NCBI RefSeq assembly: GCF_018350175.1
Contig: NC_058368.1
Span: 73,720,001 to 73,784,000 of the forward strand
From: Felis catus
Taxonomy: Eukaryota
DNA length: 64,000 nucleotides
Direction of reading: 5' to 3'
Shown: in pieces, positions 50,794-61,890 of the stretch
How the letters are laid out: each line of letters starts with the position of its first letter
How positions within the stretch are numbered: the stretch's first letter is position 1
The notes under the pieces: generated by a model
The model's database searches: none
Seen by the model: the letters and a program-made list of their open reading frames with translations, nothing else
What the model was told of the DNA's origin: nothing
Made by a program: the position numbers and the translations under genes

Positions 50794-51230
50794 GAAGGTA
50801 AAGTTCTTAAAGCACAGAACTGACTCCAGAAGAATAGAAAGTGTTGGAAAACTGGTTCCCAAAAGCTGAGGTGATACTCTCTTAACTTACTCTAAAGGAA
50901 TATTTGACCAGTTCTTCCTTTAACATATGCAATGCATAATGTCATCATCGTACTGAGCGGCATAATTTAACTGCTTTCAATGATTATGAGCCATTGTGAT
51001 AAACACTATTATTTGCTCCGCTAAAATACAGCGATGTCTTCTGGGCATTTGTGTTTAGAGAGCTGTTTGTCCCTAGATTAAGGGACGCAGCGGCTGCTGT
51101 GACTTTGTGAGTTGCCTTCTTCGTTTTGTGGGCATTTTTGGTCCTCTCTCTTGAGGTCAGGCTTTTGGGGCCACTTGATGCTGTGGGACACAGAACCACC
51201 CCACTAGCACCTTGCTCCCCACCCCACTTC

Positions 51231-51446
51231 TTTTTTTTTTAATGTTTATTTATTTTTTGAGAGAGCGAGAGAGACAGAATATGAGCAGCGGAGGGGCAGA
51301 GAGAGAGGGAGACACAGAATCCGAAGCAGGCTCCAGGCTCCAAGCTGTCAGCATAGAGCCTGATGCTGGGCTCAAACTCACAAACGGTGAGATCATGACC
51401 TGAGCCGAAGTTGGACGCCCAACCGACTGAGCCACCCAGGCGTCCC
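51231..51446 (-). mobile_element. Felid SINEC (intron 1)
   Basis: Reverse SINEC; TSD CCACCCCACTTCTT. Confidence 0.93.
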
Positions 51447-53450
51447 TACCTCCACCCCACTTCTTATATCTCATCCTCTGTGCTGAGAAATAGTGCAACA
51501 GAGCTCTAGGATTAGGAGATTAAGAAGGTCCTGTGCAAGGAACATTTATGACATTAAGCAGGATTGAATCTTTTCCTGGGTTTTGTTTGAGGTCTGGATA
51601 GGGGGCATGGCTAGCAAGGTGACTGCTGGACTGGAGAGCTGTTGGTGTTACTCACAAGACAAGGGGCATCTGTGGAGAACACACTTTCTAGAATGAAAAC
51701 GAACAATTTCACTGCCATATGTCCCATTTAGGGATTATTCTGACTTGCTGAAGGATTCACATACACTGATTAAGCTGGCTGTTTTCCACCAAGGTTTCAA
51801 GTTTTACTTTAGCTCTTTCTCCTAAATATTTTTATTTTTTTACAGGAATTGTTATACGAGGTAGACAGGATTACATAATCATCTGTTTCAAGACAAATAA
51901 GATTTCCTTGACACCACAGAAAAGTGTCAGTTGGAGCTTAGATTAGGTCCCTGCAGTTTTTGCCCGCAGGAAGAAATCTGTTCCAACAGCCAAATAACCC
52001 AGCCTCGTGCATACTTTTCTGTTTTACAAACGGATTACACGTGGGGCATTCTCTTGAGGTAGAAGACTCTTCCATTTTATTGAAAAGTTACAAATACTCT
52101 GTAAAAGCTGTTTGGTGGAATTCAAAGTCCCATATTCAATTTGGGTCACTCCCCTTGGCTTAGTGGGTGAATTGTCACCTCTGTGTGCTTATGTCCAGAT
52201 CAGCCCAAGTTGAGGTCTAGAAGGGCCTTATGGCTCTGTGGTGGTTCACAGATTAACTAAACCTGAACAGCGCTCGCCATCCTTTGTTCTTTACAAGACT
52301 TCCTTAGGGGGAAAAATCTATTGCAAGGAGAGATGGTATTTCCTTAAGTGAAAAGTATGTGAAGTGAAGCCATACAGGTTGTATGGCTTTTCTGAAGCTT
52401 CGGGGGGACCAACCCCAGCTGAGATGACACAGTGCTCAGTAGGCACCGTGTCAACGCGGAATAAAGCTTTACATTTTCCAGTGGTTACATTTCTACGCCT
52501 TAAGCTTCTCTCTTCTGAGCATAGTAGCTGGTGATTAACAGAGCCGACTGCCTACTGTATAGTATTTAATAAGCACGCGTTACATTACCACCTGGCTGCT
52601 TTGCAGAAATGCATACCTTTCCCAGGAAATGAGGAATTGTCAGGTAAGGAAAAAGACGTTTTTCTATTCAACGTAAGGCATTAAAATTCTCGGTCTCATC
52701 ACGTTAATGCTTCGTCTTATTTCTATTAGTTTTTTTTTTTTTTTTCCGGTGCTAGTTCAGACTGGCACAGGATGAATTGGGGAAACATTGCAATTTAGAT
52801 TACTCTGTGGGAAGCAGAGAAGCCATTTTCTGTTTATTTTATAGTAAGGTAAGCATAATTTAAAAAAAGCTGCTGCAGGTTTTTTTTTTTTTTCTCTTTT
52901 AATGCCAGTAGAAGCGAAGCGAATGTACAAATTCCTCCTGAGGCTTTATACCAAGAAAAAACTTGTTCAAAGAACTGGCTGTATTTGGTGAGTTGACCAA
53001 CTATTGCTATTGTCTTAGAATAGATTCTAATGTGTAACGAACAATTGGATCGCGTGATTCCACTCAGAGCTCCTCGTCACCACAAAGAAAGGTCTGGTTT
53101 GTTTCTCGTTTTGTTTTTGCTGATACCAACAGGGCAAACTTTCTCAGGTGCGCTCGTGGCTTGGACAAACTTCTTTTTTGAAACACTTTGAGTCTTTCCC
53201 CAAAGATAAATGGCAACTATCCAGCTCCCTGTTCACTGAGTTGGATTAGAAACCACAAATATAAAGTATAACCCCCAAATTCCAATAGCTAAGCAGCTGT
53301 ACAGGAAGTTGAGGGAATGCACTTACTGTCTTCTGTTTAGTTCCTCAGCTGTACCCTAGATCAGGCTGGTCAGATGGACATCACAGTGACGTGGGCTTGT
53401 GACAAGATTAATTCAATGTGATTACAGTAGGAGAGGCTTAGATAGCTTAC

Positions 53451-53827
53451 CTCAAGTCCATGTCGCCATCCACCCAGTAGGCCAAGATATTGGAGGCGGT
53501 TCCTCCGGGACAACATCCCATGATGAGTACCACTACAGCTTGGACAGGAAGGATGTCAAAGGCCACTGACAGGATGAATCCTGTGAGGGGCATGATTCCA
53601 AACTGACAGAGGAAGCCAACGCATATGCCCCACGGCCGCTTTATGTGTCCTAGGAATTTCTTGATTTCCACATTGCATCCCATGGAGAACATCACCATGG
53701 CCAAGAGGATGGTCAAGACAGTGCTCAGGACCACGCTGAGGATGTTATTGAAATTGCTGTCAGTCAGCACACAGGACGACCCATTGCAAACCGTGGCACT
53801 GGCTGAACAGCCTGTTGAATTATTCAT
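53451..53827 (-). CDS. SLC10A2: SLC10A2 coding exon 1 (377 nt), MNNSTGC...YWVDGDMDL(S)
   Basis: ATG at 53827-53825. Encodes the SLC10 motifs [20 protein letters not shown] and [22 protein letters not shown]. Donor AG|GTAAGC at 53451/53450. Confidence 0.98.
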
Positions 53828-53979
53828 TGCTGGATTTGGTGCCCAAATGGTCACACGCGTCCACAGAAGTACCAATCTTCTGCTCCTCACCAGACGAATA
53901 ATGCCTCATCCAGCCGTGTCCAACTTTTAAACCCTTCTCAAACATGTGTCACTTGAGTCTCTTTCAAAAGCCACCTCAG

Positions 53980-54170
53980 AGAAGCAATAAAAAACAATAA
54001 ATGCCAGTATGTCAGTTTCCAGAGGTAACATTACAACACAGCACAAATTATGAATCATAAAAGTCCTGCCAAATTGTTGGTCCGGCTGGAGAATTATAAT
54101 TAATCATTTATTGGCATGATAATGAACCGTACCATATAAAAAGAGCCGTGTTAATGTTTAATGCTGAGGA
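53980..54170 (-). promoter_or_regulatory. SLC10A2 proximal promoter / 5' regulatory cluster (HNF1, CDX, GATA motifs)
   Basis: HNF1-like GTTAATGTTTAAT 54150-54162 and ATTAATCATTTAT 54099-54111. CDX-type GCCAATAAA (minus, 54107-54115), GCAATAAA 53984-53991 and TCATAAAA 54055-54062. GATA TGATAA 54117-54122. HNF1A, CDX1/2 and GATA4 are established ASBT regulators. Confidence 0.7.
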
Positions 54171-54595
54171 GGTTTGTGAAATTTCAGTTAAGTGACACTT
54201 AAAAACAACTAAGAAAAACGAAAGAACGTTGGAGGGTGTAAGCCATAGGAAAGCACATTGTTCACTCACATAAGGGAGATTGGGTCCTGAAAAAGTCACG
54301 TCCTGTGCTGAGTTAAATTGCAAAATAGTGTCAGGCTCTGAACTGGGACCTAGACCTTGAATTTCCTCCCTCCAAGAGCCTTCCTACTGAATCAACTGGT
54401 GTGCTTGTATTGGTCTATAGTTTTCCTAAAGTACATGTAAGTTTCAGAAATCTGTAGGGTCTTGATGCAAACCTATGGGACAGTAACATGCAGGAGGGTG
54501 GACTGTTCTCTATGTGGTCTGGCGGGAAGGGAGCTGATGAGTAGAGCCACCCTCAATTACAGAAGCGGTTCTGTGTGTGTTGCCATGGTAACAAA

Positions 54596-54598
<3 letters not shown>

Positions 54599-54639
<41 letters not shown>
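54599..54639. repeat. Poly(T)41 homopolymer
   Basis: Uninterrupted T run upstream of SLC10A2. Confidence 0.95.
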
Positions 54640-54641
<2 letters not shown>

Positions 54642-55033
54642 GTAGAGACAATACAATTATTTAGAGGAATAAGCCTCAGAGGATTAGGTCAAGGTAACAG
54701 GCTGGTGGATAGAGGTTCCAAGGGAGGCTGATTTTTATGAATGTCAAATAGTCAACCTCATTGCAGACAGAACACTGTATTTGGTGTGTAAGGAAGGTAA
54801 AGGAGGGAGAGAGGGATTGTTCCTGTTCTCGGAAGTTTACAATCCAATGACTGCGTCAAGATGTATGTGTTGTCTAATTTAATCATGTTAAATTAAGGAA
54901 GATGAGCATCCCCATTTTACGGATGAAGACTTGAGGGTCAAGGAAGTGAAGTGCTTTATTCAAAGCTACCCAGCGGATACCTCGACATCCTGAAACTCAG
55001 TCTGGCTTGGTGAAAATTAGCAGTACCTTAGAA

Positions 55034-55200
55034 CAGAACTTCTCAAAACTCAGTGTGCACATGAACCCTCCAGGGGTCTTGTTACAGCACAAATCCCGAT
55101 TCTGGAAGTCTGGGGTGGGCCTCAGGATGTCTGCATTTCTGACAAGCTTGGCATTGATGGCGATGATGCCGATCCAGAGGACCACACTGTGAGCATCAAG
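55034..55200. mobile_element. MER5A-like hAT-Charlie DNA transposon relic
   Basis: TTCTCAAA...GGTCTTGTTA...TCTGGGGTGGGCC...TCTGCATTTCTGACAAGC...GGACCACACT. Confidence 0.75.
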
Positions 55201-57522
55201 GCCACAGAATACCAATGTCAGGGTGACTACCATGGCACCCAAGGTGGTGGAAACTGAGCTTACCGGTCACAACTGAGAACAGCGTTTAGAGAGTGACTCG
55301 ATACGGGGAATTACCTTTCTCATCGCTTGAGTACACATGAGCTGTGATCACCCGGCAAAGGGATCCATTTGTGTCAGATGTCCCAGCTGCTGGGGGCCTA
55401 GGGGCACTGTCGCTTTAATCTGGAATTGAGCTGCTGGGAAAATGTCGAAGAGTGTCCTTAAGGGGTGACCATGATTCACACTCCTTATGGTGCAGCTTCT
55501 GTCCCCAGAGTGCTCCTCTCTAGCTGTCATGCTTCACAGCCGCCTTTGCTGGCATGGGTGGGCTCCCATTAGCTCTGCCTGGCTGCATGCCAGTTCCCGG
55601 GAAATCGTCCCGACTCTCTCACTACCCTTCCTGCTCCCACAGGTAAATGATTAGCTAGGGAATCCCCACAAGGGCTCCCCTCTCAATCCTGTGTGTGGAA
55701 TGACTTGGTCCCTGCCCTGCAAGCATCTCCTGGCGCTGACCTCTGATCCACTTCTTGGCTCAGGTGCCCGGCAGCCGAGGGCAGGAGCTGAACACTCCCC
55801 CTGCTGCCGCAGCTCGGCATCTGCCAGCTCGGGCTCTGCCCCCCAGTGCCTGGGCTGGGCTGGGTTGGGCACGTCCACAGGACTGGAGATCAGCTTCCAA
55901 AGCAGCTGTCCTGCTTTTACCTCCAACAGCCCTGGAGAGTGAAAAAGCTAGCCTAGGACCTACCCCCCAACAGCCTCTTCGCTTCACCAGGTCTGGTCTG
56001 CGAGGGGAAACTCCAGGGTGGCTGGGATTTTTCCCAGGATGGGCTTCCTGTTCTGGGCTTGCTGCTGGGTCGCTGGGTGAACTCCCTACTTAGCCTTTCT
56101 GCTGGAAGCAGAGGAGACAAAGTGTAGAGAGTAGAAAGCAGGTTCAGAACAAAGCTGTTCTCAAATTTCAGACGGCTTGCTAAGGAGATTTGAGGCTCCC
56201 AGGGGCAGAATGCTTTGCATATAGACAACTTGCAAATGAGCAGTCTGTTTGACTAGACAGAACGCTACAGTTCTGGTTAAAAAAAATGTGCCAATGCATT
56301 TCTAATTTTCACATTGTTTTTACATAAATTTGCACATTAGGCTCGAGAGGCCTCATATTCAAGTATTGGAGGGATTCACAATTAATTAGTACCCTTAACT
56401 TCAGCTGCATTCAAATTCAGGCATCAGACTGGATAAATGGAAAATACCTAAATATGCAAAAATCATTCTTTTTAATTACAATGCAAGATCAGGGAACAGA
56501 TGAGCACCTGAGTGTCACTGTCAGGAGGCTGGGGCTTGATTTCCACTGTCACCTTCCTCAGTCTATCCTGATCACTTTCTCCACGCACGGGGCCATTTTC
56601 AAGAAGCCAGCTGCACATTCCTGCTTCAGCCCCCACAGGTAGAGACACAGGCAGGTTGTGGGTCAGTTCAACTGCTCAGGCTTCCATTTGGTTCCCCTGT
56701 ATCGCACTGGAGTAGTGAACGTTTAATAGCTTTCTGAGCCTTTGCCGTGAAGATTGCTGTGAAAGGCAAGCTTTCTGTTTCCTATTGTGTTTCATCAGGG
56801 ATGGCTCTGTTGAGATCAACAGGCATTTGGGACTTGAGTGGTTGTGTTGAACAGCTCCCTGTGGCCGAGATGACCTCCCTTGCTCCTGTCTCCCATTCCT
56901 TCCTGCAGACTGGACTTTTATGGAGCCCGGAAGTCCCACAGTCAGGGTTATTGTTTGGAGTTTCCACTGGCCCTTAGAGAGTCGCCCACGATCGGACTGG
57001 CTGGCCATTCATCTGAGTGGGATCAAGGGCTTGGCCACCGCACACCAGTTGTACGTCTATCACGTCAAGAGGCTCATGTTCAATGGCACTTTGTAAAGCA
57101 AAGTTCAGGGCGATAATCTCTTTAATAGAACCTATACCATCCCAAACCGCAACAGTGGGATTCTGGTAATAGATCTCTCCAAGCAGCAGGGCAGCTGATT
57201 AAACAGATGAAGCAACACAGGGATGTGCCCTTTGGTTACGTTGCACTTCTCAGATTTTAACCCTCTGGATAAACTGGATATCATAGCCTCATGGCCTCTT
57301 TGCCGTCTCCAGGTACTGGACCTCCTGTCCGGCTTCCAGCTCGAGGGGAAACTAAGAAAAGTGGATGCACGACCTGTCACACTTTCACACTTCTGACATG
57401 GGTTTGACTTTTCAAAGGGAACTTTATTGAATACTAAGAGAGCAGAAAACCAAATTAATGATAGGCAGGAAAGCCTAATATCACACAAGTTGTCTGGGCT
57501 TTTTAAGGATGCAAGCCTGGTG

Positions 57523-57717
57523 GGGGCGCCTGGGTGGCTCAGTCAGTTAAGTGTCTGACTGCTCAGTTCATGATCTTGCAGCTGTGAGATCGAGCCCTGA
57601 GTTGGGCTCCACTCTGGGTGTGGAGCCTGCTTGGGATTCTCTCTCTCCTTCTCTCTCTGACCCTCACCTGCTCTTTCTCTGTCTCAAAATAAATAAGTAA
57701 ACATTAAAAAAAAAAAA
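57523..57717 (+). mobile_element. Felid SINEC
   Basis: SINEC head and A-tail; TSD core AAGCCTGGT. Confidence 0.92.
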
Positions 57718-58514
57718 CCCACGAATGAAAGCCTGGTTTCTAGGCTGAGGAGAGATAGGGACTGAGGCAGCAAAGGTGGTCAAGGGCATCTTCTTAAGAT
57801 ATCTGAGTGATGTGTGAAGGAATTTGGACCTCCTCCTGCATAGGGTGTTTGATCACAGCAATGGAATCGAGGAGCAGAATGGGATTGGAGACACTAATTA
57901 AAATTAAAAACAGGGAAGTCTTGATAACTAGATGCCTTGTTAAGATGGGAGTCAAAGATAAATTTAAATTTCAAGTTGCAATTTGCTAAGCATGCCTCAT
58001 CCTTGATGATACACACAAGAAAAGAAGGATCCGGTAAAAAGGATAAGGCCAGTCCTTTTTTCTTTCTTTCTTTTTTTTGGTACGTGTTGAATATGAGCTA
58101 CTTTTAGGACATTTGGGGTAGAAATAACTCATTAAGGAAGTAATTTATCTTTTAAATTTCACTTTAAAATTTTTTACAAGTGATACATATTTATTACAAA
58201 AATTTCAATGAATGCGAAAGGGTTCGAAAAAGGAAGCAAAAACACGTCCAGGTTATTGCATATTTTGTTAACATTAAGTAAGCGTCAGTCCAAATGTGTC
58301 CCTAAGCAGATAAATGGAGGGAAGGGAAAGGTCTTTCCATCAGCATAAAAAGAAAGCTCACAATGGCACCGTGTCTGCACACTGTGGTAACAATTAGATG
58401 TATTAAAATTATTTTACATGAGTTTAACAGCAAAATATCAAATAAAGGCCTGAAAGAGCTTCAGAGAAATATTGAGAGGGAATTATGGAAAGCGTAAGAT
58501 GGTGAATGCATTTA

Positions 58515-58739
58515 TTTATTAAAAATAATTTTTTTTGGTAATGTGTATTTATTTTTGAGAGAGACAGAGTGTAAGTGGGAGAGGGGCAGAGAGAGAGAGA
58601 AGGAGACACAGAATCCGAAGCAGGCTCCAGGTTCTGAGCTGTCAGCACAGAGCCTGACGCGGGGCTTGAACCCACAAACCACGAGATCATGACCTGAGCT
58701 GAAGTCGGATGCTTAACCGACTCAGCCACCTAGGTGCCC
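58515..58739 (-). mobile_element. Felid SINEC
   Basis: Reverse SINEC; TSD AGAT..TGAATGCATTTA. Confidence 0.93.
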
Positions 58740-59396
58740 TAGATATTGAATGCATTTAAAAACATATATTGAATTTTATGCAATGTTAACTCTCTAGCAT
58801 AAAATATAGGAAAATGAACATTCTCACATTTCTTCTCTGCCTGCCCTCCAGCATCTAAATTGTATTTATTCATCTATGTTGAGCCCCTACTCTGTGCCAG
58901 AAACTGTTTTAGGTGTTTGGGTGAATAAAATGGACAGATTCTTGCTCTTGTGGAACTCATAGTATAGTCAGGGGGAGATAGGAAATAAATAATGAAGGCG
59001 AACATGATAATGATTTGGTAAATAAAAAATAAACAAATAGAAAAGCAAAGGGTAGGAAGAATCATGTGTGCCAGGTGGAGTGAGAGAAGAAAGTTGGACT
59101 CCAGTCATTCATTATGAAGGAGAAGAGGGTCAGGAGTTGATCAGGTGTCTGGGGTAATCATTCTCGGCACAGGAAAGCTGGATTGAATCCCTAAGGAAGG
59201 CCTGGCAGGTCCGGGGGCAGTGAGGAGGTCGGCCTGGTTGGAATGGGGTTGGTAAAGAGCAGAGTAGTGGAAGAGGAGAGAAAGTGTATTGGATGGAAGG
59301 ACTGATCGGTTAGAGCCTTAGAGGCCATTGTGAGGACGTGGGCTGATACTGGAAGTGAAATGGGAGCCATTGTTAGTGTGTCGTTGTTGTTGTCGT

Positions 59397-59601
59397 TTTT
59401 TAAATATATATTTACAAAGTTTTTATTTTTTTATTTTGAGAGAGATAGAGACAGTGCTTGTGGGGAGGGGAAGAGAGAATGAGAGAGAATCCCAAGCAGG
59501 TTCCGTGCTGCCAGCGCAGAGCCCGACATGGGGGCTCTCACTCACGAACTGTGAGATCATGACCTAAGCCCAAATCAACAGCTGGACGCTTAATGGACTG
59601 A
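59397..59601 (-). mobile_element. Felid SINEC lacking ~16 nt of its 5' head
   Basis: Ends at GGACTGA without GCCACCCAGGCGCCCC; no TSD recognised. Confidence 0.88.
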
Positions 59602-59707
59602 TACCGTTCATGATAATATTCACATTATTCTCTATAACTCTAATCTTCACAGAATGTTTCATCTTTTAAAGTGAATTTAGCGCTTATTATCAATCCTTCT
59701 CTGGTTA

Positions 59708-60075
59708 GTGTTTTAGTTTTCTAATGCTGTGTAACAAAATACCCCAAAGCTTAGTGATTTAAAACAACAACTGTGATATCACCTCCCATGATTCTGTGGG
59801 CTGACCAGAGCCTCCCAGATGGCCCCCTCACAAGATGGCAGCCCATGCTGGCGGGTGGCTGGAAGCTCAGTGGGGGCTGTCCACTGAAACAGCTATGCGT
59901 TGCCTCTGTACATGGCCGAGGCGTCTCATAATGACAGAAAGTTGCCAGTTGTTGAAGGCTGAGCCGGGAACTGGCACAGCCAGCTCCATTTCCATGGAAG
60001 AGTCCACGTAGAAGGGGGAAAAAAAAATCCTACTTTGGAGAAAAAAAAAATTGTAGCCAGTTTTAATTCACCATA
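59708..60075 (-). mobile_element. Old MLT1-type LTR
   Basis: TAGTTTTCTAATGCTGTGTAACAAAATACCCCAAAGCTTAGTGATTTAAAACAAC terminus. Confidence 0.7.
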
Positions 60076-60257
60076 GATGACTTCTCTGTTTTTTGAGTTC
60101 TTTTATGTTTTTTTTTTAATTTAAATTGCAATTTTTGATTGTATGTATTCCACTGACTAGTTTTATCTAGAAAGACTCAAGGAGTTTTTATCCCCTGTGC
60201 TTTCCTATTTGTGAATATTTATCTTTTTGCTTTCCTCTTGGAAAGTAAAATATTCTT

Positions 60258-60463
60258 TTTTTTCCCTTTTACTTCCCTTTTACTTTTGAGAGACAGAGAC
60301 AGAGCATGAGTCGGGGAGGAAGACAGAGATGGAGACACAGAGTCTGAAACAGGCTCTATGCTCCCAGCTGTCAGTACAGAACCCCACACTGGGCTCAAAC
60401 CCATGATCTGAGATATCATGACCTAAGTCGGACCCTAAACTGACTGAGCCACCTAGGTGCCCC
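60258..60463 (-). mobile_element. Felid SINEC
   Basis: Perfect 18-bp TSD GGAAAGTAAAATATTCTT at 60240-60257 and 60464-60481. Confidence 0.94.
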
Positions 60464-60890
60464 GGAAAGTAAAATATTCTTATTTCACATTACTTCTTAG
60501 ACCTTTATGGACATTACAGTATTGTCTACTGGCACTGAACATTGATGTAGAGAAGGCTTGAGCTAGATTATTTTTTTTTCTCGATGGCTTTTTTTTTTTT
60601 TCCTGCTGAATACTTGAAGTATTTATTCTTTGACTCTGAAGTTCAGGACTCCAGTCAGAACATGACTCTGGGTTGGTCATACTATATTGACATGTCTTAG
60701 AACACTATATCCTCTGTTTTGATTCAATATTCCTTTTGATTAGGAAAGTTTTCTTATATTTTATCTCTGGATACTTTCCCTGTTTCATATTTCAGCTTTC
60801 ATATTTAAGAAAAAGTTAATTATTTATTTAGAATAAGTATGTTGGCCCTTTCTTTCTGTTATCTATTCTATTTAAAAAAAAATATCTTTT

Positions 60891-61110
60891 GGGGCGCCTG
60901 GGTGGCGCAGTCGGTTGAGCGTCTGACTTCAGCCAGGTCAGGATCTCGCGGTCTGTGAGTTCGAGCCCCGCGTCAGGCTCTGGGCTGATGGCTCGGAGCC
61001 TGGAGCCTGTTTCCGATTCTGTGTCTCCCTCTCTCTCTGCCCCTCCCCCGTTCATGCTCTGTCTCTCTCTGTCCCAAAAATAAATAAAAAACGTTAAAAA
61101 AAAATTAAAA
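60891..61110 (+). mobile_element. Young felid SINEC_Fc-type
   Basis: CpG-intact, nearly identical to the copies at 33138 and 45525. Confidence 0.95.
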
Positions 61111-61682
61111 AAAATCTTTTGCCCCATTCTTTTAATTTGTGGTGATTATCTCCAGTCTTGTACATATCGGTTTGATTCCTTACCATTTCCGAATTATTTT
61201 TTACCATGGAAACGATATACATTTGTCCTTGAATTGTTTACTTTGTTCTGGAATGTCCATTATCATCAAAGTCTGTATTTTTAGCATTTAATCTGTTAAA
61301 TTCCATTTCATTGAATTTATTTTTAGTTATTCTAAAATGTAGATTTTCTTTCAGATTACATTCTTTATGTTTTGCGTGCACTGTTCTTTTCCTTTCTCTT
61401 CTTTTCTTTTCCTTTTCTCCTCTACTTTCCTGTCTTTTCTTCCTGTCTTCAACCCTCTTACATTTTCATATATAATACATTCTGTTTACTTTTCAGATTT
61501 TGCTAAATATCTTTGCCAGAATTTATTCTACTTTTTGAGAAAGGTGTATTCTACCCTTGAATCATGGATTGTTCTCCAGCAAATTTAGAGTGTATACTCT
61601 TAAATACACACACTGCCACAGCTCCAAGTGGTTCACATCCTCACATTCACTTCTTTCTCTTGATTCAAAATATCTCAAGATA

Positions 61683-61890
61683 AGGCACCAGGGTGGCCCA
61701 GTAGTTTGAGCATCTGACTCATGATTTCAGCTCAGGTCATGATCCCATCATCCTTGGTGAGTTCTGTGTCATGCTCTGTGCTGAGGGTGGAACTTGCTTG
61801 AGATTCTCTCTCTCTCCCTCTCCACCTCTCCCTCTGCCCCTATCCCCTATTCATGCTGTCTTTCTCTCTCTAAAATAAAATTAAAAAAAT
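61683..61890 (+). mobile_element. Older carnivore SINEC
   Basis: Diverged head GGCACCAGGGTGGCCCAG, (CT)n, A-rich tail. Confidence 0.85.

Larger units (their letters stand above)
33500..53950 (-). other. SLC10A2: SLC10A2 gene span (6 coding exons; TSS and 3' end approximate)
   Basis: Six GT-AG exons join in frame to a 348-aa protein ([10 protein letters not shown]...GGFQPDNK) recognisable as ASBT; the boundaries of the span are inferred. Confidence 0.95.

Noticed and set aside
53828..53890. 21-aa N-terminal extension ([10 protein letters not shown]...) in the ORF track
   Set aside because: It starts at GTG, not ATG. Starting at ATG 53827 gives the expected 348 aa and a 377-nt first coding exon.
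53625..53930. Antisense ORFs over exon 1 (and 35343-35726, 38638-38859, 40746-40934)
   Set aside because: Shadow ORFs of the coding strand with no recognisable protein features or splice support.
55500..56100. Possible CpG island or second gene promoter
   Set aside because: GC-rich but CpG remains sparse, and the overlapping ORFs have no recognisable product.
867..61890. tRNA-like A/B boxes and a regularly recurring ~200-bp repeat (tRNA genes or CRISPR-like array)
   Set aside because: They are dispersed tRNA-derived SINE heads with tails and TSDs; there is no cloverleaf and no repeat-spacer periodicity.
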